Source: Podarcis liolepis
Taxonomy: Eukaryota
Length of the DNA stretch: 64,000 bases
Assembly: GCA_965112155.1 (NCBI GenBank)
Contig: OZ218103.1
Strand: one strand, 5' to 3'
Made by a program: the position numbers and the translations under genes. Shown one piece after another: positions 10,801-22,800 of the stretch (position 1 is its first letter; every line of letters starts with the position of its first letter). A model generated the notes under the pieces. It was not told the origin of the DNA. It was given only the letters and a program-made list of their open reading frames with translations, and did not search any database.

Positions 10801-13800
10801 GTGGATATCTGGTGCAGTTGAAAAACAGGGGTACCTGTCTGCCTTACTTGAAGCATGTGCTATTTGAATGTTAAACCTCCATCTGTGTCTGAATGTAAAT
10901 GGATTTAATGAATATCAGAACAAATTTGTTCAAATTATCTTCTTTTAAAATTGAAAATTGCTGACCATGGTTTATCTATTATTTTCAGAGAACCAATTGA
11001 TAATCTAACTCCAGAGGAGAGAGATGCTCGAACAGTATTCTGTATGCAGCTTGCTGCAAGAATTAGGCCAAGAGATTTGGAAGAGTTTTTCTCTACTGTA
11101 GGAAAGGTGAGGCGTCAATAACTCAAATTTCTTCCGGTGTCATCTTAATATTTTTAAAGCAGAATAACTGAGCAGATCTTTTTCAAACTTTCTGTATATT
11201 AAATTCCATTTAAGATATGGTGGAGTATTTGGGATGATTTGCAAGATTGAGCTGCTGAATTTTTAGCCTAAATCTAAAGATTCCACATGAGGACTTGCTA
11301 GCTAAAATAACAGACCAGGCATGACCAACTCACAAGAGACTGCAATCTACTCCCAGTTTAAAATGCAGGCCGTGATCTACCCATTGTCTTTGGAGGGATG
11401 AGGTGCATGTGTGGGGTGCGTGTGTGGAAGGAGGTAGCTAAGTGGATGCAGGAGGGGGGAGTTTAAGTAGGGGTGGGAAGTAAAGGGAGGCAAAAGTTCT
11501 CTCTCTGAGGAGCCAGTTGGCTTCTCTTCCCACCCCCAGCCAGCCCATCTCCCTTTCCCTCCACTTAACCAGCTCTCCCCCCACCACAGCCCTTTCTCTC
11601 CCCCCATCAAAGGTAGCCGCATAGCTGACGTGGATCCCGATTGTGCCTGCCCCCCCCTTTTACCCCCACTTCCGGGAAGACCGGGCCAGGCGACATTCCT
11701 TGTTCTTTCCGCCTGGCCTGGTCTTCCCTGCGGCAGCAGGAGGACCCAGTGCCAGGGCCACCACTGCAGCAGTGACGGCTAGGCTGGGTGACATTCCTTG
11801 CACTTGCTGCCCAGCCTGGCCTGCCCGGCGGCGGTGGAGGGACCCAGCGCCAGGGCCACTGCTGCAGCACTGAAGGCCAGGCAGCAAGTGCAAGGAATAT
11901 TGCCCAACCCTGCCTTCCCAGCGGGGGAGGGACCCAGCGCTGGGGCCGCCACTGCAACCGGGCTGGGTGGCAAGTGAGCAGGCAAGGAATGTCCCTCCCC
12001 CCGGCACTGGGTCCTGCTGCTGGCGGGAAGGTTGGGCTGGGCAACATTCCTTGTGCTTGCCGCCCAGCCTTCCCTGCAGCTATGGCAGGAGGCAGGGGAA
12101 GGGGCGGTGACATTCCTTGCCCACTTTATTTAATCCCACGATCAACCAGGATCACTCCTGCGATCTATTGGTCGATTGCGGTTGACTGGTTGGACATGTC
12201 TGACATAGACAAAACCAAGTTACAGTAGGATTGTCCTGTTCCATTATTTTGGCAATTCTTTGGAAATAGGAGAAATAAGTAACTTGTTCATGTTGGCAAA
12301 ACAATGTGATTGGATCCTAAGGTGCCATTCTGTGGAGCCTCCGTCTAACGTTAGGGGGAAAGGCAGTTTTGTTGATTTCCCTCTCTTCCCCTCTGGAGTA
12401 GACCTTCAGGGGTGTGAGGAGAGGGGATTTGGCAAAAACAGAATCTCAGGATCCATCCATGATTTGCTTGCTTTTCTGATGGTGTAAGATGCTGACACTT
12501 TTGACTCTGAAAGTTTCACAGTTGTTACTACACCAGATTGTCTAGAACAGGCACGTACAAACTCAAGTAGGTTGCAATCTACCAACAAGTATCAAAAATT
12601 GGCAGTGATCTACTACCCTCCAAAGTCATTTAAGATAGAGAGAGTGATAAAGGGATCTTTCTTTCACAGATACAGTAGTTATGTTTGGATATCATCATGA
12701 CAGATCCAAATAGTTACTAGATGAACAAGTAACTAAGCAAATGAGAAAAGTCAAACTATATTTTTATATTAGTTTGCACAGATCTGAGAAGCCAGCTTCT
12801 CTCTCTCTGTTAACTCTTCCGAGTTGCTTCTTCCTTGCTCTGCAATTCTCCTTCCCTGCCCCCCCCGGCATCCTCACTCTTTCCCTCCACCTCAGTCTTT
12901 CTCCTTCAGCTTTTCGTTTCGAGTCCAATCATGTTATCGCCCCCATCCCTAAGTTAGTACCCTGTGGGAACACCCCCCCCCCATACACACCAGCCCTCCC
13001 TCAGGGCACCACGTCCTCCTCCACCCCCCCTTGCGCTCTTAACACACACACACCGAGCACAGTGCAGAGCGGGTGTCAGGCAAGGATGGTGAGTTAGCTT
13101 CCTCGGTTGGAGGAGGAGGAGGAGGTGCTTGGGCTTGCATGAGACTGGTGGCAGCAGCGGCTCCTGCTGCGTCGCAGGCTGCAGAGAAAAGCTTTTCTTT
13201 CTCAGCCTGTGATCAACGAAAATCAGTCAGCGATCCACAAGTCGATCACGATTGATGTGTTGGACATGCCTAGCCTAGAACTATGTCCCCGTTTTGTGTC
13301 TTGCTTTCAAAATAAGATGGTAACGTAGCAAAATTTGGAAAATACTTGGCTAATTATTTGAAGGAACAATTGAAAGTCTTTGAGGGAGAGTAGGGTAGCT
13401 GTGTTAGGGCACTGAAGCACCATTCCTTGAATACTGAAAAATGGCACTGCTTGTATGTTTTCACAAGTTTATCTGCAGGCATGAGAGAGGATTGAAAAAT
13501 GATTAAATTTTGTTTTAAACATAATTTTTAATTTGAAGGCACTCGGTAGGCAAAATGTGAATAGTCCTGTGTGAGTAGTCATGGCTCGTCTTTGTATATT
13601 TATTTTACTTAATGAACTAGCTTAATAATATGTGGTTTTAAGTTGGCTTGTTATGAAATGGATCCCTTGTTCAAACATAATGCTAAGATGCTTTCAACAT
13701 GTAATTAAACTCTGTAAGTCCTGCTCTGGGTGAAGGGGAGAGGAATGTGCGACACTGGTGCTTTGCTCATGTTCCTTGAGGATTGTCCACATAGTGCTAA

Positions 13801-16800
13801 ACAGTGGCTTAATATTACCTATGAGCCAGACCTTGTCTGCACACTGCAAAATTACATTTGCTTACTTGGATATACTTAAGTCAGGAATCTGGGGAAACTG
13901 AAGACTATGCAGATTAAACTTTTCAAATAGGTAAAACAAGCTTTAACTGTTCCCATCTTTCTAGGTCCGTGATGTACGCATGATTTCAGACAGAAACTCC
14001 AGACGTTCCAAGGGAATTGCTTATGTGGAATTTGTTGATGTTAGTTCTGTACCTTTGGCAATTGGATTAACAGGACAACGAGTTTTGGGGGTACCAATTA
14101 TTGTACAAGCATCTCAAGTAAGTTGATACTAATTTCTGTTCTAGCTCTGTTATGATCAGTAAATCTTACTTCATGTACACTTTATTCTTGCATTGCAGGG
14201 GGTTGGAGTAGATGACCCTCCGGGTCCCTTGCAACTCTACAATTCTATGAGTCACTTGTGATCGAGTCCTTACATTCCATTCTCAACTCTGGATAGATCT
14301 GAAGTGTCATTTAGGGTTATACAAGGAGCTTGAATATGTCCAGTATATTTTTTACTTCAGTTGTTTGAGTTTGTCAACCTGTGCCACCTCAAAGTGCTGT
14401 TGAAGATTAGGGGACTTTTCAAAAGTAGTTTGACCAAACAATGATTGACAACAGCTAAGAGACAGAGATGGCAGATTAAAAAGTTTATTAGGATAAACTA
14501 GCATGCCTATTTGCAAATTTAAATGCCATCTACTTGAATATTATTGTTGATAGTAATAGTAGTATATTTCTTAACGCTTGTGCCTAGTTACTTACGATAA
14601 ACAGTGCTTAATAGTAGACCAAAAGGTGGAAATCACTCCTAATTTATCAACAGTTGCATTTTTAAGATGGTGAATGCTTAGTTAAAACTTGTTTTGCACT
14701 AAAAACACTGGTGATGACAGCAGACTCCTAATCTTGAATCATTGGAAGTCCCCCCCTTTTTTTTAGTATTTATTTTTGAGTGCACTAAACATACAGTGAG
14801 TTGGTGGGCTTCTGCTAATATGCATGCTTTGTTTTTTGCTTAATGTAAGAATACAATTTTTGAACTTGACCTATTCTGTAATGTACTTCTCTCCCTCCCT
14901 CTCCCTCCCACCCACCCGGTTTTTGAATACAGTCTGAAGCATTCCACAGTTATATGTAGGACAGTTAACTGTTAAACTTTAGTAATGTGTATTGTTTCTA
15001 TTTGGGATACCTTTCTAGGCAGAGAAAAACAGAGCAGCAGCAATGGCTAATAACCTACAAAAAGGAAGCGCAGGTCCCATGAGACTGTATGTGGGATCAT
15101 TACACTTCAATATAACTGAAGATATGCTTCGTGGAATCTTTGAACCTTTTGGGCGGGTAAGTTTTTTAGTTCATTGGGGACAACTGCACCTAGTAGTAGT
15201 GACAGAATTATGAATTCCTGAAAGGTTTAATTGGCTAACTTCCTTTCTCTGATTTTAAAAAATGTTAGCTCAAGTAGAAATAAAAACTACCGTATTTTTC
15301 GCTGTATAGGACGCACTTTTCCCCCTCCAAAAATGAAGGGGAAACGTGTGTGCGTCCTGTGGGGCGAATGTAGGCTTTCGCTGAAGCCTGGAGAGCAAGA
15401 GGGGTCAGTGCGCACAGACCCCTCTCGCTCTCCAGGCTTTAGGAAGCTATCCGCAAGCCTTGCAAGCCGGGCGGGAGGTCCCGCGGGCTCGCAAGGCTTG
15501 CGGGCAGCAGCCTGCAGCCTGCAAGCTCGGGGGACAGCGGGGAGGCACAGCGCCGCCACCCCGCTATTCCCCGACCTGGTCTGGAGGCTGGCGGGGGGGG
15601 GGGGAGAAGCAAGCTTGCTTCTCTCCCCCGCCTGCCCCACAAGCTTGGGGGATAGCGGGGAGGCGGAGCGCCGCCACCCCGCTATTCCCCGACCTGATCT
15701 GGAGGCTGGCGATGGGGAGAAGCAAGCTTGCTTCTCTCCCCCCCCCCGCCAGCCCCACAAGCACGGGGGACAGCAGGGAGGCGCAGCGCCGCCACCCCGC
15801 TATTCCCGGACCTGGTCTGGAGGCTGGCGGGGGGGGGGAGCAAGCTTGCTTCTCCCCATCGCCAGCCCCACAAGCTCGGGGGACAGCGAGGCAAGCCACT
15901 GCCCCACAGAGGCTAGAGAGGCTGTCCCTGAAGGCAGAAGAGGGAGACGGAGCGCTCCATCTCCTTCTTCTAGCTTGGGGATGGCTGCGCAAACCTGGGG
16001 GGGGAATAAATTTTTCCCCCTTGATTCCCCCCCCCCCAAAAAAACTAGGTGCGTCCTATGGGCCGGTGCGTCCTATAGGGCGAAAAATACGGTACATTTA
16101 TTCATTTGATCCTAAAGACCAGTCTTGATTTGAGTAACTTACAGTTGCACTTCTATAGTAGTGGATGCCATGTTGCGTAGACTGCTTTCATAGCAGATTG
16201 TAAAAATTAAAGTAATATTTCGTCTGTCTAACTGCAATATTATTCTGGTTTGTGCTTTCAACAACACTGTGATAACATCAAACCTTGAGGATTTCAAACA
16301 TCCAGGGGAGCTATTAGAACATTCTGTGCATATTCCAATTTGCATTATGGTCCTGGACAAACAGACTTTGATTTCTTCTACATCCTGTTCTATAAAATAA
16401 AAATTGATGACAGTAGGTCTTATATACTAATTGGTACTGGTCTTTGCAGATTGAAAGCATTCAGCTGATGATGGACAGTGAAACTGGACGTTCCAAAGGA
16501 TATGGATTTATTACTGTAAGTTTATAAAGTTTGTTGTGGCAAACAGGTTCTACTGATGTCAATTGAATATATTGTTTCCAAGTAAAAATTCTTAGATCTT
16601 AAGATGTTCTGATTTTTTTAGACTTGTGATCCTTAACTTAGTTTTAGTTTACATGTGTAAAATTACAATATGTACCACACCTTTTATAATGTGCCCTGAA
16701 AGAAGTTGAAGATATTTTAAGTCATAAACATGAATAATTCTGAAAGTTAGGTACTAAGCCCCATGTTTTGGGCATGCTCACAATGTTAGAATAATTCCAG

Positions 16801-19800
16801 TTTTTATTAAACATGAGCAACCACTGCTATTGTACTGGACTTCAAGTTGGAGTGTGCTAAATGAAGGTGGCTGCTTCACTACCAGATAATGGCATTCAGT
16901 AGAGTACAGTCATATCTTGGATCCTGAATGCCTTGGTACTCGGACGTTTTGGCTCCCGAATGCTGCAAACCCGGAAGTGAGTGTTCCGGTTTGCAAACAT
17001 TCTTTGGAACCCGAATGCCCAACGGGGCTTCTGCAGCTTTGGTTTCCGATTCCGTTCGACTTCCAAGGTACAACTGTATGTTGCTGTGTTGATAAAAGCA
17101 AATTGAAAATGAAAGGATGAAGGCAAAATTGTCCATAGACAAGTGTGCAACTTCTCAAGTTACATAAAATTACTAAATGCAAACGTCAAGTTGATTAACT
17201 CTACAACCCCTTAAACCAGGTGGAAGTATGCCATGGTTTGCATTGCCTGGTAGTTAGTTTGGGCTCCCATGTCTGTACCTATGGGTTTTATAGCAAAAAA
17301 ATCAAATACATTGTGGCTTCTTTCACACTAAGCCAGTTATTTGAAGGGTTCTAGTATTAGCTTGATGACTGAAACTTAATAGTTTCATTTAAAAAAAAAA
17401 TAAACGCTGAAATAAAAGTCTGCTAACAACTGTATTGTAAATGACCATAGATTAATTTGTTTAGTTTTCAGACTCTGAGTGTGCTAAAAAGGCCTTGGAA
17501 CAACTAAATGGGTTTGAACTAGCTGGCAGGCCAATGAAAGTAGGTCATGTAACTGAACGTACAGATGCATCCAGTGCTAGCTCATTTTTGGACAGTGATG
17601 AACTGGAAAGGACTGGAATTGACTTGGGAACAACTGGCCGTCTTCAGTTGATGGCAAGACTTGCTGAGGGTAAGTATATTTGTAAAAAGCATAGTACGTA
17701 TTTTCTTCTAACATTTTTTAGCATAACACTACATACTACTATATGATTTCAGTCTAAAGGAAAGCTCACTGCCAAGTTTTTCTAGGTAAGTGGGACGTAG
17801 TCATCTCCATGTTGTAGACCTTCTAGTTTGGCTACATTGATTCCCAAAATTTTAACCTGGTTTGCATACAGTGCTAAAACCATGATTTAGTACTATGGGC
17901 ATGAGGTGAACAAACCTAAAGCTGCCCTTCCTATTTTTCTTGCCTCCTTCTGTGCAGCTGGGAAATAAATGCCTGCTGCATTTGCTTTGAGTTTTGTGAA
18001 TCCTAGCTTGTCGTGAGGTGCTAATCAGAATCAAGGTTTAAAACTTGTAAGCTTCAAAGTTAGTAAACTTTAAACCATGGGTAATGCCACTGGCTTTAAC
18101 TAATCAGAGTTTGTTATTAAACTGTGCTGTCTGGAAATTAAACACAGCAGAAGTCTTCCCAAACCATGTGGAAGTGGGAGGGGATAACTGTAAAGTTAGT
18201 AACTTTGATTGGGCTCATTCTGGTTTGTACTTGTAGCACAAAACAATTTTTCATAATTTTAGTATCCTAGTTAAATGTAGAGCCTCTAGCACAAAATAGA
18301 TTAATGGCTTTCTATTCCAGGTACTGGCTTACAAATTCCTCCAGCTGCACAGCAAGCTCTGCAGATGAGTGGATCATTAGCATTTAGCGCTGTAGCAGGT
18401 AAAAATGTTTTTTCTAAATACTGTAATCTGGAAGTTATTCTTAAGAAAGATAACTTACCTGTTGATTATGATATGTTAGCTGATTTGCACAATCACAGCA
18501 ATTTTCTGTATCACTTTATTTCCTTTATTTCAATTATATACCACTTAGTCACAGAAATTGCTAAGCGGGGTACAACCAGATTACAAAAGTAACAGTGAAT
18601 AAAATTTTATGCAGGAAATAAAATTAATCATAAAAACAGTATTTAACTGCCTGCTGATATAGAAAGGTTTTCAGGCACCTGAAGTTCAACTACCCGAGGG
18701 CCCTGTATAATATCAGTTGTGAGGGAGTTCTACAGAATCAGGCCCACTATACTGAATGTGCAGCTCCCGGGGGATATGGACTGCATATCTGAGCCACAGG
18801 GGACCACTAAAACGGATTACTCTGAAGATTTATAAGGTATCCTGGGCTCAGAATGTTAAGGGCTTTGTAAATTATACAAGAACCTTGAACTTGACCCAGT
18901 AACATGGACAGCCAGTGCGAGCGCTGAAGTGCCAGATTTATGTGCTGATGATAATCTGTCCCTACTAGCATTCTAGCCACAGGATTTAGCACCTGCTGGA
19001 GCTTCTAGACTAAACTAGTTATTTTGTTTATACATACCCTGCCCAAGGATAGCCCCACATAGAGCACATTGTGGTAATGAGTATTGAGGTTACTAGTGAT
19101 CAGGTTATCCCTGTCCAAGAAGAGCCATAGTTGATAACCATAGCTTGTAAAAGGTACTCCTAGTCACCGAGTCTACCTGAGTCTAAAGTGACAGAGAACC
19201 CCTGAATTATGAACCTGTTCTTTATGAGAGAGTATAATCGTGTCCAGAATAGGCAGGAGGCCAATTCTCCAGTCATGGGAACTATTCTTCCACAGTGGCT
19301 TCTTAGGCTCCTCATCCAGTTTCCTACTTTGCCCAGTGGTCCATGTTTAACTTCTCCTGATTCAGATATTGTGGAGAATAGAGCTGCATGTCATCAGCAT
19401 ACTGATGATACTTGGCCCCCAAACTCCTCATGACTGTTCCCAGTGGCTTCATATGGATGTATTGGCAACTAGATTCTGCTCTTCAGCACACCATAGCACA
19501 AAGACTGGGGCCCAAGACACGATACCCCAACTCTGTTCTGTATTGAATCACCGCCAGTCACAACAGGGAGCTCACTTGACTAAGCTAGTGATGCTTTAAA
19601 TCAATGAATGATTGCTGATTTCTGACTTGCACCATGAGCTTTCAGTAGAGCAGCATATTGTATTAAAATCTACACATATTATTATCCCATCACTTTTATG
19701 GATGTTAGTTATGTGGTTGTCAAGACCTTTATGTAGTGGTTGCATGTACAGCTTTCTGCCTTACGTTGCTGTATCTCACATTTGTCCTGTGATTAAGATT

Positions 19801-22800
19801 AAAACTGCTCCTGCTTGGCTTGCTGATACTGCTTCGGTGTCCAGCCTCTGATAGTATGATGGCTCAGATGACTGGCTGACTCTGATATACAGGACTCACT
19901 TCGCATAACCAGTCTTGAATTGCTTGTGAAATTTTCACATGACCTCTTTCTTTTATTGCTTCTTGTCTGCTAGCTTATGCATACACAGTGACAAATTTTC
20001 ATAGAGGAATGGGTGGTACTCTTTAGGGCATTAAGGGGTGTGTGTGAGAAATTTGTATTCCAAATATTATATTGAAATGTTCTCTGCAATATTTTTCTTT
20101 AGATTTACAGACACGACTTTCACAGCAGAGTGAAGGTGAGACTGATTTTGAATAGAGTTGTACATGGCTAGAAAGACAGGCATTTACAATTCCACCTCCC
20201 TGAGAGTAAGGATAAGTGCTCCTTACTACTTGTGAGAGGAACTCTCAGAAGCTTTAGACAGTTCCCTACAGTTTGGATAAGAAAAGATACAGCATAAATT
20301 TCTCCTGTTTCTTTCCTGGTCCAAGTGAAAACTTCCACTGCTTTCAGCCTATCATGCTTGGCTGTGAAACTTGGTAGCAAGGAGAAATGGATGCTCACCT
20401 AGTTAAGATAAGGTGATATTAGTGGATCCAGTATGAAGATGAAATTTGAGCTGTTGCCTTTTGTTAAAGTAAATAATAAAGCACTGGATCATTTCTATTT
20501 TCCAATTCCTCTTCTAAAATAATTTCATTTTTCAACAATTCTGGTGTGGATGTGCTGACACTCAAAAACCTATACATACACTATTGGGATTTTGGGTGTA
20601 GTCTTATATCTCTGTTCTCAGGCAGTCCACTCAGTTGTACTTTACTTGCTCCAGAGCCATTTCTGAGTTGGATCTAGATTTTGTAAAGCATTGGCTCTTT
20701 TGATCTAAGGACATTTATGCAAGCTTATTTGTCTGGTGCAAGATGAAGGAAGAAATAAACAAGTTCCAACAGAGCAATCTGATTAGCACAATGCTGAATT
20801 CCTCCCTATATGTTTCAGACAGTATCTTGTCCTCAAAAATGGGGCCGGGAGTAGGCCTATTGAAGTTAATAAGGCATGTTTAAATTAGGTTCATTAACTT
20901 TGGCACCTCTGCTCTAAGTAGGACTTAGTTTAATACAACCTGTGAATTCAGATAGCTGTTCAAATTACTTAGTGTTTCTTGACAGGGACATAATGCAGTC
21001 AGTTTACTTGTTAGCACAGTGCTCAACAAATTGAATGACAAATATATCTCCTGACCTCCTTGCCCAATTTGAATGTGAAAGACTGCTTATTAGGAACTGT
21101 ATTCTTGCAACAGAATCATATTTTGTAAACCTTGGTTTTCTATTTTGTAACATTGTATTATGATAAATTTTCAGTAGAGTTTGCCTTGATACTTTTAAAG
21201 TCTTAGTTGTATTCTGAGGGTGGAATTCGGCATTGTGATATTACAAACGTTCTGCCTGTGCAAGTGTATCAGCTTGCCAGAGGGACCAATCTGCCTCCGC
21301 TGGCATGCCTCTCGCAGCCAATTGCGGGGGAGGGAAAGAAAAGAAGAAAGTCTGTTATGCACAGGGCTTTTAGGTGTATCCCACCCTGAATTTTGTGCTT
21401 CTTAAAATAAGGAGAAACTTACTCTACACTTTCCTCTCCAGTGTTGGCTGCAGCTGCTTCTGTACAACCACTTGCAACACAGTGCTTCCAGCTCTCCAAT
21501 ATGTTCAATCCTCAAACGTAAGTTAATCTCTTTCTTTTATTGTAAAATCTGTTTTATTACTCTATTTTCAGTATACATAAGAATAATTAATTAATTATTG
21601 TCTTACTCTTCAGTGAAGAAGACGCTGGCTGGGATACAGAAATTAAGGATGATGTGATTGAGGAGTGTAACAAACATGGAGGCGTTGTCCATATTTATGT
21701 AGACAAAAATTCAGCTCAGGTATGTTGATTAAATCAGTACCCAAAGGTGGTAACTTCTATCTGTTCCTATACTTCTACAAGATGTGAGATGTGGCTATAC
21801 TACTGATAGTATGGTCAAGTACTTGGGAGAATTTTATGTTCTACAAACAGACCAAACTAAAGTATTCTCTGTGTGATGCCAGAAAACTCTGTTACTCAGT
21901 TGTCAGTGAACAAATGTCTATACAGACATTGATTCAATTACTATGTACATCATTGCAAGATTAAAATACATGCTTATGAATCCTGAATTACTAGCTGCAA
22001 AGAATATAGGTCCAGTAAGTACTGCATGGACACAGTAATTCAGTTTTACTAGCAAACCGGAGGTTGGACTAATCCCTTTCCAATCCTGGGAGGAATGTGG
22101 GGAGTGTTCACGTGACACACCACACCACAGCTGACACACTAACGTGTCATGACACACAGTTTGGAAAGCTCTGCCATAGACCATCTCAGTTAAAGGAAAT
22201 AAGATGACACTCTGAAACCTAAATGAGATTTGCATGCACCTAAAACTTTGATGGGGAACCTGTAATACTCCAGATGTTGTTGAACTCCCAACCTGCCTCA
22301 GCCAACATGGCTAGTGGTCAGAGATGATGGGAATTGTAGTCTAGAAACAATTGAAAGGCGACAGATATCTCATCTCTGCCCTACAAGATCATGTAGGAGT
22401 GCTCCTTAATCTAGTTCTGCTTTCAGATGCACAGGTTGTGCTCACCTTTGACTGATAGGCCAGATACAACCCTTCCTGATGAAACTGGACCATGCCACAG
22501 TCTTTCAAGCCTTAATTATCTCGTGCTTTTTGTGGCATTGCCCTTGAAAAGCTTTTGGAAACTTCAGTTGGTACAAAATGCTACCATCAGACTTTCGTTT
22601 CAGGTTAAACATTCAGATTAAAATTACCGTATTTTTCGCTCTATAACACGCACCCGACCATAACACGCACATAGTTTTTGGAGGAGGAAAATCCGTAGGC
22701 ATGCCACCAGTAGGCATTTCCTCCATAACACGCACAGACATTTCCTCTTACTTTCTAGGAGGAAAAAAGTGAGTGTTATGGTGCAAAAAATACGGTACTT

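Noticed and set aside
11377-12228. Cluster of 68-168 aa ORFs
   Set aside because: Products of the GC-rich minisatellite inside a hAT element
15231-16128. Long overlapping ORFs (292, 222 and 157 aa)
   Set aside because: They lie in the GC-rich tandem array of a MITE, are open in several frames on both strands and show no recognisable domain
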